A DNA stretch of 64,000 nucleotides, from contig JAQGDQ010000029.1 in the NCBI GenBank assembly GCA_030141605.1, positions 434,001 to 498,000 on the forward strand, given 5' to 3'. The position numbers and the translations under genes were made by a program. The stretch is from Tubiluchus corallicola. Taxonomy: Eukaryota > Animalia > Priapulida. Positions 15,801 through 30,800 of this stretch are shown here, in pieces (positions within the stretch are counted from its first letter, which is position 1; each line of letters begins with the position of its first letter). The notes under the pieces are model-generated. The model did no database searches. It was not told where the DNA came from and saw only the letters and a program-made list of their open reading frames with translations.

Positions 15801-18800
15801 TCATGAAGTCTAACATATAAGTGAAATATCTCTAAAAGAATTTAATAAACTAACAAGCACAACATACTATGAAGACAAAAATAGAAACATTCTTAAAAAG
15901 TAAACATTTAGAAAAAAACTGATGATCCTTTGGAAATATTTTAAAACATCGTCAATTGTCAGAGGTCGATACAGATTTAAAAATTTGACCTATGATAACA
16001 AATCTTTTAACTTATAATAAATTGTCTAAAACCAGCTGATATGAGGTGAAATGTAGTAGTATACTAGCATCAAAAATTGTTTAAATTTACAGACAGCAGA
16101 TGGCAGCAGCATGTTGTGGACGGCAATTCATGATCATTTACAGTTATCTAATGATTACAGGGCACCACAAGGAAACTTCCACATTTAAAGGAAATCCAGA
16201 TGATTGTGTAAACAATAGTCCAGAATAAAGAATGCTCTAAAATGTTGAAAACTACAACAGCTCTTTTTAAATCATAGCTTAGATTAAATAATAATTACCT
16301 CGGATACTGAAATTTCGCTAAACTTTCACAGCTACGCGCGGCTCAGTGAATCTACTAAGATTGGCAACTGCACCGTTTTGTCACAATGTGGCCGACAAAT
16401 AGAAGGTGGTACCGTGATAAGTATGATTATGAACTGCAGTGTTAGTTTCTGACGTCATATGATGTAAAGCTCATTTTTCGTGACATCATGCGTATAAGCA
16501 GTACTGTAACACTTATGCAAATGTGCTTGATGCGCAAGGGAAGGCGCCTGCCGTTGCACAAACTATGGTTAGTTTCTGACGTAAGCAATAGCTGTGTTTG
16601 GTTGTCGTTAATTAACCTTCTAAGCTAATTATTCAAATATAAGGAACAATTGTTAACTTGTATAGGCAAGAAAATGTATATTTTGGACAGTAAATTAAAA
16701 TGAGATGGAGTCTAAACAATCTTCCGGTCTTCCTTTAATAAAGAATGTATAAGTACTCACTTTGGTCCTTATGATGTTTGGGAAAAGTTGGGAATATTCG
16801 TGAGTATTGCGAGCGACATACTTCTTCACACACACATACCAAAAAACGGGAACACAAATAAAAGTGGGTTAAAACCATTGACTTTTTTACAGTTGTAAGT
16901 GGCTAGATCCTCACAATACCACTTCATCACAAGTTTCGTGACCTCATAGAACACATATAAGTGTTACAAAAGTAACTCAATACCAAATACTGGGTTTAAG
17001 TAGAGATTAAAAGCTAAACTGTGGAATGAATTCGCCTTAGTGTCATCCGTCAATGAGTCTTGACTGTCCATTGGAAAATTCTACAGAATTCTCACTCAAA
17101 ACTAACATTTTTAACAGGGCACCTCCAAAAAAAGTATCGGTAAACACTCCTGGTGAGTAGATAAAGGACAAAAACCCCAGTTACAGACATGAGAAAAAAG
17201 GATTTTAGATACTATACTTGCGATGATGGCCTCGTCACAGTTACGATGATATACTTCAACTAAGTCTGCAACTCACTCACACTATATCACCCAATGTGTC
17301 CTGACCCACGAGATGCAACACTGAGATTTCATTCTGTGTTGTCTCACTTCTATGATTAGGTCACACACAGGACAGAAATATTAGCACACCAGAATGCATG
17401 AATGAAATCTTGCACACTTGCTACATTACACAATACAGCTGAAAATCACGAGTCAACTAACAGTAAACGTACCAAGTATGCTTTGGCAACATGACCGTGA
17501 CTCTTTTCCAAGTTAAATATTCTGAGCGCAAGTAAATGGTTCCTTTGTCATAAGATGAACAATGTGGCATACTAGGTAAGCACTGAGGATTGACCATATT
17601 CCAGAGTTTAGTCTATAATGAAAAAAATTAAAAACTGGAAAAATGATTCAATGATAACATTTTGATTTTTATCACAAAATGCACGATGAGTACATGAACA
17701 GGTAAAACTTTTAACAGTATACAAATGTGAGTTGCATAGGCTTGCTGGTCACTAAGAAAAGCAAATCATTAGTGGAATAAGTAGACAATACTTATTTACT
17801 TCTATACTGAAAATGGATGTAACGCAAAAGGTATGAAAGAACACATAGGCCCAAAAAGCCTTCTTGTTTCTAGGCTGTCACTTTTGTTAAAAACAATAAA
17901 CTAAACAGTGTATTTATTATAAGTTTTTGTAAGTATAAATGAAGTTGAAAATTTTGGGTGCAACAAGTGCTTAAGTGTAATCTGTCGTTTTTACTTTTCA
18001 TTGCTTTCATTAGCTTCCAAGGGAGAATTTAAATTTTAGGCATAGGTCACAGATTTTGATTGTTTACCTTAAAAAGGGAAGACGTATAGACCAGAACGTA
18101 GTTAAGTTACCTCTGCTGGTGCAGTGTCTCATCAAGTAGATACAGCTTCCATAGCGAGCCAGGTACTGGCCTCACTACAACCACCCAAAATTCGATAGGC
18201 ACTGCTATTGAATTCTGGAACCAGCTGGGCAAAATGTAGACTAATGCATTAGTGGTGCATTAGTTACAAATGAACATAATTAATTGTTGTATGCTTTAAA
18301 AGTTTAAATATTGTTAAAGCAATAAGAGAACGTTGAGGGTTTAGTTGAATATACTAAATACATAAAAGCTTTAAAGCTCGGACGATGACATTTTTGAACT
18401 AGAAGCTTATTAGACTTGAATTTGAAAAAATTATTATTTAATAAACAATAATTAGAATTTCATTTAAAAGGTGATAATTGCATATACGATGTCACCTTTT
18501 AGCCAAAACTCTTAAAATGAAATTAATTAAAGAACAAAATAATTACTAATTAATAATATAATTATTTGCTAAAATTTTCAATCATTGATTAGATGAAAAT
18601 TTCATTTTTAAATGAGTCATTCTGATCAACTTCAAACTACTAATGTAATCTTGAACATCCGGTTTCTTGGGACATCCAGTAATAGCCCAAAAATGTAACT
18701 TACGTTATCCAGTGAATATTGAAATTCCAGCAGGCTGTCACAGACTTCAGCATCTTCACTACCAGTACATCCCATCAAAAGCTCAAATTGAGCCATGTGT

Positions 18801-21800
18801 GAGGGTCCTACGGGAATGGGATGCATCTCTAATGAACGTGGAAATTTAACCGTGTCCTTGTCTATAAATCTTTGACAAATAATTAAGAATTGGTCAACAA
18901 TAATTATTAATTAAGGAAACGGTCAACAAATTTTCAAGTGTGTTCCAAGAAATTCACAACAATAAGGTTATGTTAGTTAGTAACACACTTACTTGCTTGA
19001 ATGAAGTACTTTAGTAAACATTTTTTAACAGTTTGAATAATTGATTCCATTAGACAGAAGCTACCATTATGTCTCTGTCAGCCCATCACAGCCTGCTTCA
19101 GTAATTCTCAAAGATAAACATTATTAAGTTAACAAATATCAAACAACCCAAATTATTTTCACTAAGCTTTTGACTTGGGCACAATTAGTTTTTTTTGCCT
19201 CATTTTTGCAGAATGTACAGCAGCAGAATACCTCTCTTCAGTAAACATTTTAAAAAAATTGGTTTGTAAGAATAATTCTACACAGAAAAAAAAATTATGT
19301 ACAATGTCGGTGACAAAATATGGCAAACCAGTTTTTCAGGTGTACATGAAAATTAGTCGATCTTCAAAAGTAATAGAACATAGACAAGTATATACATTAT
19401 AGCCTGTTCTGGTCCACAGTAGCGTCCCATCTGCTTCAGACGCAGGTTTACAAAGTTGTTAAGCATCTCTTCAGGTGCACTACCATTGAAAGTAATCGCA
19501 TTAAACAAGTCATTAGACAGCATAATATCATCGATGGCCCAGACGTCTTGATTGCTGCCGGAATGTGACTGTTGCCACCAGCGGAATCTACAGCGTGGTC
19601 CCTGAGCCTCACATGGTAAATGAATGGAAATGTGTCTAACAAACAATAAACAACAATAACTTATGTCTACGTTAAACTGGCAACGAAAACTGAAAAGAAA
19701 TGTTATAAATGTAAGTTTTACAATTAAAAGAGTGTTCCAAAGCCAAAACAACTTTTGCAAATTCACTACTGGCACACATTCTACAACAAAAAATATATTG
19801 AAAATCCACACATAGTCTTAGTGATGGGGTCAAATAATTAATCTAATTACTTATAATCCATTTGGTCTCTTATTGCAAGTCACTGGTAATTTTGTTTTTT
19901 GGCTGCAGATGCAAATTGATTATACTATCAATACCATTTTCAACTAATTTTTCTGAAAATCCACAAAAATCATACAACAAATTTAGTCAATGTGATGACG
20001 TCAAATAATAAGACTACCTTAACTCAGCGCAAAACATGAAATTTTTGTGTGTGCATGTTTTCTTGTAAATTAGCGTTACAGTTTATCATTATCCACATTG
20101 CAGTTTGTCATCAATTATCGTATCCGATTAGTCGACAATAAAAATGCAACTTTTGTCTCACTGTTACATTGGAACTATGGCTATGACTACTACAGCATTA
20201 TGAAATACCATACCATACTTAATTAATGGCAACTTTTAACTGCACCTCACTGGCAAACTGCTCACAATAGATTCTCATGTACTCGACCAAAAACAACACA
20301 TATTAAATTTCACAAAAATTCATTACCAACTTTTTGAAATAGTGAATTTGCCACAGCTGCATGGGAGAGCTAACACATATAGCGGAAACATAACTGTTTA
20401 TCGCTGTTACTTCTTCCCTCAGAGATTTCATGCAACACTTAAAATGTTTGCTGACTTCAGAGCAACTGAGAAACTGAGTTCTGAATCAATGAAGCACTTA
20501 CGCTGGTTCATCATATTTATCGAACTGTATCTCTTTCAGTAATGTCCACGTCAATTCTCCATTGCAGGACCACAAAACTTGTACAGTTTTCTCAGAACTA
20601 CGAGGCCCTGGACATTTTCCTGATTTAGATTTGCTTCCAAGTCTAACAGTGAACTGCAAAAATCTGTAATAGCAATTATTTCACAGACACTGAGAGAATT
20701 CAAAGTGATTACTTTGTATAAAAATTAAAGAAATGCATGTCATACAGTAGACATTGCAAACAAACTTTTTTGAACGAAAGTAATCTCACAAAGTACAAAT
20801 TCAGCATTTTCCTCAAATTCACATTAATTCAACAATTTTACATGCTTTGTAACTCATTACTCAAGACACTAAGTGAAAAAAATTCATAGCAACAATAGTC
20901 TTACTACGAATAAAATTAACAGCACAAGACATATTAACCATTTAATGCGAGCACAAGTACCTCATTTAAACAAAGACTGGGCAAGTCAGCATTTGCTAAA
21001 AAAAATACAACTTGTTAGAAATAAGATGGCCAATAATTAATAACCTGCTAGCCGTTGTGCACAGATCTATGGTTGTTATCTCCCGTGTTCCTTGACCGTT
21101 GAAAACCATAGGTTTACCTGAGCTAAGTATGCCACACTGAAAACTTCTCCTCCCTCCTTGCAGCGATGCAATTGTTGACGTTATTTTATCGTCCGAAAAA
21201 GATTCTGATAAAAATGTTGGCGGAGGATCACGAGATACTTCGCATGCTGTCCCCTGGTAGCCATCATCACATCTGTATGCAAAATATAACAAGCTCGATC
21301 AGCTGCCCACTGGTTAAACAGTTAGCTACCCACATTTAACATATGTATGCTCAACACAAGATATCAGTCTTTAATTTCTCATGAATTTGTAGCGAAATAG
21401 TAGTAAAACCAGTCCACTTCGAAACATGAATATCCAAACAGCTAATTAGGCTCTTTGCGAGCAACTTTTCAGTCTCAAGGTCTCCATGTTTATTTATCTG
21501 TAAATCATCAAGGAAATCTATTAGTGAAAAGTGAGTGTGTCTTGAAAGTGAGCTGCATTCTTGTGCTCCTGTGAACCAAGTAGATTTTTCGTATTTGGTG
21601 ACATGTTTACAACAGTAGGTTTTTATTGATATTGCAAAACTTTGTTAGAGATTTTTTTGTTATTGTATTATTGTTCACTACAAGGCTGCTATAGTTACAA
21701 TCGTCACTGACTTTAGACTACAATACATTTGTCAATGCAGCATCTCAATCAGCTCATCATTCATCAAACTGTTGTTGAACAAATAAGGTACGGAAGTATC

Positions 21801-24800
21801 AAAGTTATTAAAAAGCCATTGCCAAGAAGACCATCCCACACTTTTTGAAGTGTTTCGCAAGCTAAACTGAACTAAATGACATAAATTTCACATTGATATA
21901 TGAAAAGTACAGTTCCTTTACGAAGTCATAAATATACCTTTGAAGTGTATTAATTAAATAAACAATTTCATGATTGACTAAATATGATTTAACTGACTTA
22001 TGTGCAATAAAAGCATAACTTACAGACACCCATATAGTGAACAACGTCCATGGCCACTACAAGCATTTGCACATTCTCCTATAAAAACTAAACACAGACA
22101 TTTTAGTTAAATCACGTCAAAGTTTCTTAAATGGTCACCACAAAAATTAACACTTTAGAAATTCTAATGAAACACACTGTAGTAACAAAAAATAATCAGA
22201 AGTTCACACCACATTTAATTATCATTTCTCTAAGTACCATCTACAAAAATTCATTTCAAAAACTCACTATCGTCCACAGCCCAGTGTTGTTTGTGTGTTG
22301 TGGCCGCACTCTTCCATTTAAATCTCACAGAATTTGTCAGAGCAGAATACGGCAATGGCAACGTTACCTTCTTCCAACTGGTAATAGGAAAACCGATATT
22401 AAATCATGTCAAAAGAAGAAATATATTGTAAATGATGGATAATTCAAAACTATAAAGGAGATGGAGCAATGCTCAAGACACACAATATTTTTTGCTCATA
22501 CACATGTTTGGTAGCTCAGAAAAAACTCCACTTGATTTAAAAATAATGTTCAGTAACTTCAAAAGTTTTAAGAAAATAGGGGCAATTCCTCACAAATTAA
22601 AGCAGAAGAATACATAGTTTACAGACTATTAAATGGTTAAAATTTTACATGTTATAATTTTGTCACGATGATAAAATTAAAAATGTATGTCAAAAATGAC
22701 AAGTTGAAGAGGAGATTTCAAGTTCTGCTGAAATAAATTATGAATATGACCATTAATGTCATTTTCCTGTCGGGTGACTATCTTCATGTGCTTGATTAGC
22801 AAGGAGATTCACCAAAAATGACAGTGATTTAGTTCTTAACCTTATTTCTACTGGGCCATTTACTAACAGACAGGAGCTCCAATGACCAGAAAAACACTCA
22901 TTTTAGATATGAAGTTTGGCCACATTCTCTGTTCATAACTTAAGACCCAACTTACACTACTATAATATTATGCGAATTTGACAAAACAATTTCCAGCTTT
23001 TCACAGCTTCAAACTTGTCAAACTGTCTAGTGCCGAAAACACGTAAACACCAAACATGCAACTTTTTGATGCATATTTTTAATTTTTACTGTGATAAACC
23101 TACAGCACTTTTTGTAAATTTGTACACTTAAACAAAATACACCTGTGTTAAAACATGAAAGGTATAGGACTTGACTTGTGAAATTCTCGAATGCAGAGTT
23201 TTTTCTAATTCTGCAACATATCCTTTAATTTACTTATGCCAACTGTTATGTCTAAAGTATCAGGTTGAATTATTATTGTTAATTGTTAATAAAAATGTAC
23301 TCACCCCTGTCCATTCAGTGAACTAAACTGTGAAAATGATTCTCTAGACTCATATTGACAAGATTCAGTCACACATGGTGACATCAAAGTCTGCCAAGAT
23401 TGACCCTTATCTGTGGAATACTGCAGCTGAACACTGAAGTAAAGGAAAAAATTTTATGTGTAGCAAGTTTTATGTTACAACCAGTCAGCAACAATTTTGA
23501 CGAAGTTGCTAAGCAACAATTTCCACTCTAAAGTCATTTTAATCTTGTCACTGTATAATATGGCATGGAGAAAGAGAAAAAGGAAAGAGAAAGAAAGAGG
23601 AATAGAAAGAAGAGAAGAGAAAGAGAGAGAGGGAGAGAAGAAAGAAAAGGAAAGAGGAACATGATCTGAGGTAAAAATAAGAGAAAGAAAATCATTTTTG
23701 GCAGCCTTTAATGAGTTTTTTTAGCTGGCACCATGACACTAATGGGCACTCAATACACACATTCAAATACAAAATCTCTGATATGAGAATCAACGGTGGA
23801 TATGAAATCTACAGAAGTTAACAGACACATTTCGCGGTTTTCGGCAATACTGCCCCATGCCAGTTCATTACATATTTTTATATTCCTTCACTGCAAATTG
23901 CAGTTAAGTGTGTAAATGCTTTCACTGTACTAATAATCACAACTACATTAAAATGCCGTTTTATAGGTATGTGGAACAGTACTTACACATTCATATTTGT
24001 ATCATCTCCACACTGCATATTGATTCCAAATTGTGCCACATAGCTGATATTTGCTGGATACTCTGGTAACAGTTCAACATTGTCAATATACCAGACATTT
24101 TCACCGGAAACTGCACGACTCTTCTGTGTCAGGCAAAATGTAGTGTTTTCCTTTTTGTAGTAAGACTCAATTGGAAACGACAGGAAGGTTTCAACCTGCA
24201 AAAATAATATGCACAATACATTTTACAACATCTTATATGAATACTTTAGTCATTCTCTTTAAATATAGGTAACAAGTTTTATTTATAAAAATAAAATTGT
24301 AGACCAAATTACGTGTACCTTTGCATGTCCAACTAATAGTTCACTCTTCACAATATATTGTCTTGCATATTTTGCAACAACTCCATTAACTTAATTCAAA
24401 TTTTCAAGTAGCGCTGAAGGTATTTTTAATGATACGTTCAATTACAGTTTTGCCTCAAATACTTCAGTTCATTATGTACTATGATATACGAAATCCGTAA
24501 TAAATGAAAAAGTTTTAGTAACAAGGTGCAGCCTGTATACGTTTTAGCACGACCTCAATGATATCTTGCACTTCACTGCTTTATTTTTGCACGGTGGTGA
24601 AGTTTTCTGTTTTCTGATCATTGCTGCTTTTTAAATGACACACTGCCATATTGACTTGTGCCACGCAAAATAATTTTTACTATTTCCAATGGATAAAATT
24701 GTAAGTGAACACTTGATTCATAGATGTGATCAAAAAGAAAAGAACTAAAGAGGGCAGAATCAGAGTCTATTCTCTCCACTTTACTTTTTGAGTGTGAACA

Positions 24801-27800
24801 AGTTATACTGTCTGACTCAAACACAAGTGTGAGGTTCACTTATAGCTGTTGCTTTGGCACTGCAGCTGATTAGGAGTTATCCAGAATTACTGGAAATAAA
24901 ATGATTACATTTGTACAACAATCACGAGCTGTGCAAATTCTAACTAAAGTAAGTTTGAGAAATTGTAGGCTCATTGTTATCATTGCAAAAATTCTCGAAA
25001 TTTGCAGAGAAGTTCTGTAGTAAAGTAATTCGGTAGCTTCTCTCTTAGGTTAAGCTGTTTTCATGCCATGGCAAAATTTAGGTAGAACAGTTAATATGAC
25101 CCTTATGCACACGTATTAACTCAGAAACTGTGGTAAACACATAGTTCAGCTATGATAATATTTACTTGTGATCACAGATTTGATTCGTGAGAGTACTCAT
25201 CACACTACTGTTCATACAGCCCAAGGAAAAGCCATGAAGGACTGGACTCAGTTTCCATACAGCTGCAGTTTAATAAGTAAATTGCTTCTCATTTGATACA
25301 GAGTATACCAGCACTGTATGTTCTACATCAACAGAAAGGGTTCATACTGCAAGAATTTTGGCATGGTACCTACATTTACCCATAAATGCTGTATTTTAAG
25401 TTATGATGTAATCATACCCCTTCTAAAGCCTGGACAAGATAAACGCTCTTTCTTCTCAAACCGGTAACCTGCACCATCATATCAAGTTTAGCAGCTGCGA
25501 CACTACCAGATTTATCTATAATAAAACACATTCCTGTCTCAAGGCTTCATTCCTAATAACACAATGCTTTATGAACATTCTGGCATTCACCGTCATATCC
25601 TAATTAATGGTATCGTTAATCGCCAGTTACTTTACAAAAAATTGATAACATAAGTATCCCTCTACTGTCATAAGTATGGTGATGACATTAGATTGTATGC
25701 TACGAGGAAGAAATCTCAGGTTGCTCTGTCATGTTGGACTGGTAGTTCAGCTGGCAGAACATGGTAGTAACCCCAGGTTTTGGGTTCAAATCCTGACTGG
25801 TTCACATTTTTCCAGGGTTTCATTTCTTTCATCAACTCTTTACCCGAAAGGACAATAACGCTTGTGAAATAAACCGCTGTGGTTTCTGGCATTTGGCATT
25901 CACAGTCATAATCTAATGTATAATTGTACCCATATAAAACTTTAGACGGATGTTTTCTGCTCGTCTTGTGTCCAACTCTGTAGTACAAACTCTACGGCGT
26001 CTAGAACCATTCATAGCCAACCAGCCTTCCTTTCCCAATTCTCCACCAACTACTTCCCACCTACATAATGGTTACAACATTATTAAATGAAAATACAAAA
26101 AAAAATAATTAACAAACTAACATAAACTGGCAATGAAAATACAAGCTAATTTCAATCCTAATTTTTAAATTAACAGCAAAATACAAAAAATTATAACACA
26201 ACAAAAGTCAGTCTGCTACTACAAGTTTTTTGTTATTTGCTCCAGCTTCAAATTATCAACTGTTTCAACTGCAAATTATCTAAGCAACTATCAAATATTC
26301 AGATATACGCAACAGAGCTGACGTATAGCGTAATGAGCTTTCGCAGAAACAAATCAACCTGTTTGACTTCCTCAGGAATATCATTTTGAGTATTAAAAAG
26401 TCAAACATAAAATTTGCCAAAGCAACCAGTAAATCAAGAAGTATATTTGGCACCTACCCAAATGGCACAGCAGCATTAAAAGACTCTGAGTAAAGGACAT
26501 CATTATTAGTATCTATGTCAGAAAGATCAAGATCACGCGTCGTGATGTAACTGTTTTGGCCAGCTTCACCATTGAACACAACGGCTGCACCATCTGATTG
26601 ACAGGAGCTCTAGAGGAAAGGTTTACTATAAAACATATAATGTCAAACACTCTTAACTTATCAGATCTATCAAATAAACATACGAACACCCCACACACAG
26701 TACTACTTCTTGATCACTAACCACTTTTTGTCTCGTCTCCCATCATGAAAATGCTATTCTGACTGGCTGGTGTGACAAAACTGTACCATCATGCTTAACA
26801 TGCAAATTAACTGACACATACGCCTGTAAGCATTGATGCCTGCACGTGCATGGCACACTTCGAGAATCTGGTTATTGTTGAAAATTCAGTAACGCTGTCT
26901 TCACCACGTATTAACACACGTATTAACACTGTCTTCTGTAGGCCATAAAAAAATACATGGGCCACAAAATGGCAACAGCTACAACACCGGCAAAACTTGC
27001 GGAGAGTACTGCCATTATTAAGGATTGTGTTGCTGTCTGCTGTGTTATGACTTTTGTTTTCTATGGTGTTGCAAAATGCTTTAAGATGCTTTGAATCGTA
27101 TCACACTAAACAGAACTACTTTTGAAATGATGTGATGATGAAAAATGATGGTGTTGAAGAAAATGGTGGCACTCGTGAAGGTGGTGGTGGACAGCAATGG
27201 CGGTGGCAGCAGTCGAGATTATGGGGCTGTAAACAGGTACGGTGGTGGCAATGACAGTTGAATGAGCTAATTACACTCATACCTCGGTTTGCGGGACCTT
27301 GCTTTTACGAATATCGGAAAACTCGGACAAAATCTGGTCCGTTAGACACGGTCCGTTGTTTTGCGAGCTGACTGCTAGTTGACGGGCCATCAATTTGTTT
27401 ACATCCAAGCAGCATGTAACGACACGTGGGTAGCTTGTTTGTCAGCATGTTTAGTGGTTTAATCAGCGTGTGTAAGTGCTTTAGAGTCAATTATGCAGAG
27501 TTATTTGAGTCAATTACCGACAATTTTTATATCCCTTTATACAAGAACCGTTTTTCAGACAATTAGGAGATTCTACATTACGTGAGTCTAATACAAGGTG
27601 CCTACAATATTTGTTTAGTATCGGAAAATACGGACAATCGGCAAATTCGAACCGACATCTCCATGTCTGGCAAACCGAGATATCAGTGTATTCTACTTCT
27701 AACAGGTTGCTCGGAGGTCTACTTAAACTTATTTTCAACCTGTATGTGCCTACAATATTTGTTTAGTATCGGAAAATACGGACAATCGGCAAATTCGAAC

Positions 27801-30800
27801 CGACATCTCCATGTCTGGCAAACCAAGATATCAGTGTATTCTACTTCTAACAGGTTGCTCGGAGGTCTACTTAAACTTATTTTCAACCTGTATTAGGTTG
27901 AGTTAACATAGTAGCCCTCCATTATGTTAATTCCTGCAGTCTCATTATCAAGGATATCCTGCTGCCCACGTAACTATGTCTGATCTATTGTTAGATCACG
28001 TAGTATTGTAAACACTCAAATCACGTTGTAGTTTCAAGCAAATATCTTAATCATATCAGGTACTAATTTTCCTTACTATGATGTAGCTAGGTCATTTACC
28101 ATTATAATGTAGTAGGCCGATGTATCTTTTTGCACTAATGCAATTTATTAATACAGTTTATCTCATGCAATCATTGCAAATATCATGATGTGAAATCTCA
28201 AACATTATGTGCGTATTTTAACCCAACTGTTCTTGGTTTCTTTTCAGTTAATCGAAAAGAAAAATGAAATACGTTATTACCAATTCCACATTTATTTTGG
28301 CCTGGAACTTAGATTAGGTATTAGAACGGTGTAAAATCTAAGTTCAAGTTTAGCTCTCTCACCTTTCTTGGCTGAAGATTTCTAAAACAAATAAATAATA
28401 CCATAGTTCCCAACAACAACAAATCTCTAGCAGACAACTAATTCAGTAACAATGGTCTTCTGCATTCCATGTCATTCACTGAAATTAGCTCAATTCCATA
28501 CCTTCACTTGCCCTCCAGGAAAAAAAATCCAGTTACTGATATCAATACTGTCAAAGCTATCCTCGATTCCACTTGGATGATAAGCACTATTTACAATGAC
28601 AATGTTATCTATAGCCCAGCAGGTGACAGGTCCATCACCTTGTTGCCAACGGAAACAGACATTTTCACTTCGAGCACCATCAGGAAGAGTAAGCACATGA
28701 ACAACAGTGTCAGGTACAAACCTGTTAAATAATATCTGGATTACAATTTTCTTATTCCTACCCATTCTAATTATCGATAAAATTGATTAACTAACGAAAT
28801 GTAAATTTGCTGAATAAAAAAATAGAATTTATAATTTGAAACATCTCGTCCCAAACATTTCTTGCTACTACTTTTAATTACCCCACAAATATCAACCTAT
28901 ATCATTGCACTTAACTTTAAGATTAGTTCTACAGGCAATAATGAGGCAATCACACAGAAACAAAGCTTCTTTTTATTCAAATGATATTTGTGAGACAGAT
29001 TTTCACAAAGACAGTTTAAGATAAGACTTGTTCACATCAAATTTTGTCAAAATAGGCATGTGCATACATACTATCAAAGCTACAATAACACAGACACAAT
29101 AGGCTGATAAAAACATCAGAACGAAGACTACGCTAAATAAAAAAATCATTAATTAAGAAAAATTACAAGTCGAGATCATAAAATTACAAATGCATTTCCG
29201 CACAGTAACGTTAATGTAATTCATGTTGTTCTCTGCGCAAAAAAACATTTAGTACATATAATAATTACTGAACTTCTTAGTACCTGATGGTTTCGATGTT
29301 ACGCCACTGCGAACAATTGTTCAACCCATACTGAATGTGAATGTCGCTATCAGCTACAAATTTACAAGTACCAAGTCCTAAGAATATATATAAAAAACAG
29401 TATTAGAAAATTACAATTCTGCGATTAAGTGTTTAGTTGGCAAAATAAAATCAATAACAGTTCAATATTTGCAATCAGTTATAATTGCAAATATGCCAGT
29501 TTATATACATATCTAGACAAGAATGTAGACAATGAATGACTGAAACTAAGTGCAGACATGATCTCATTTGTAGAGAGATAGTAGACACCTGAAGAGTGCA
29601 AATTCCTTCAGTATCTCTCAGTATCTTCATACTTAAGAGAATTGTCCTTGGCAATGCCAAGAAACTAAATATATTAATGATGTTTCAGATTTATATTCAT
29701 TCCTTTCAATCACAGATGTTCAGAAAGCTAAATACCTATTAAAACTTGACAGTTTACAAACATGATCAAACTAATCATTCTAGCTGAACAGTCGACACAT
29801 TTTTATCTATACTGTATGTAATGGTGGACAGTAATTATATGTAATGATGCCGTGGTAAATTACTGATGTATTAGTAACTTTATTGTTAAGAAACAACATA
29901 AGAAACACACTGTGGCAGCTCTAAGCCCTTCCAGTGAATGCTGGATTCTATGTTTTAATAGTTAGTGTATATGTAGTTTTAAAGTGCTAATGAAAATCTA
30001 AACAAACCACTTTTTGTAACTTTCACAATAATTGTACAGCATGACAAACTTGGAAGCAAAACTTTTCTTTAAGTTTTTAGCACTAACATCAACATTTGTT
30101 TGCTTTTTCACTTAAGTTTGCCACAATTCCTATTTGCAAATATGGTTTTTGTTTACCTAGAGAAGAGCAACTTTCGTATTATACCCATTTTCTGATTAAT
30201 TTATTCCCATCGCCATTAAGAACTTAAAAACTAAAATGCATTTGTCAGGCATATTAACATATATAATATCATAAATACACATCGTACGCCATTGTATAGT
30301 TGTGCCCAGCTACCATCCAAACAAGATTTGAAAAAAGAAGGTTAAATGTTTCATATGAAAAAACTGTTAGCACTTACCTAAACTAAATTGCAGCGAAGTG
30401 GCAGTGCTTGTGTTAACAGCATGAGAAGCCTAAAATTAAACTGCAAAAAGTATTCAGAAGTGATAAAAAACAACCTATAACAAATAACACATCAACAAAT
30501 CTTAACATAACATGGATTTTTTTTACATAAATTAGTCTCTTTTGACAAAGGAAGAAAAAAATTGAGACAAATGCCCTTTGAACCTTACACAACTATTAGT
30601 GAAGAGGCAAATGATTGTGTGATGTAGCAGGCTGCCAACAAGACAAGATTATTATGTACAAAGTCAAAAAGAAATGGCTACAAAGGTACTTGGTCACACA
30701 AACTTATAATGCGTCTTTTGTCTAGACAATAACAATACTTATCTTACATCACTAATACGACATTTCAATGCTCTGGCAGTCCCAAACCGGGTGTTTGAAA

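Noticed and set aside
24618-24839. ORF as a reelin exon
   Set aside because: No reelin similarity and a poor acceptor; exon 25418-25515 already bridges the phases.
25733-25806. Functional tRNA gene
   Set aside because: A and B boxes are present but acceptor and anticodon stems do not pair properly.
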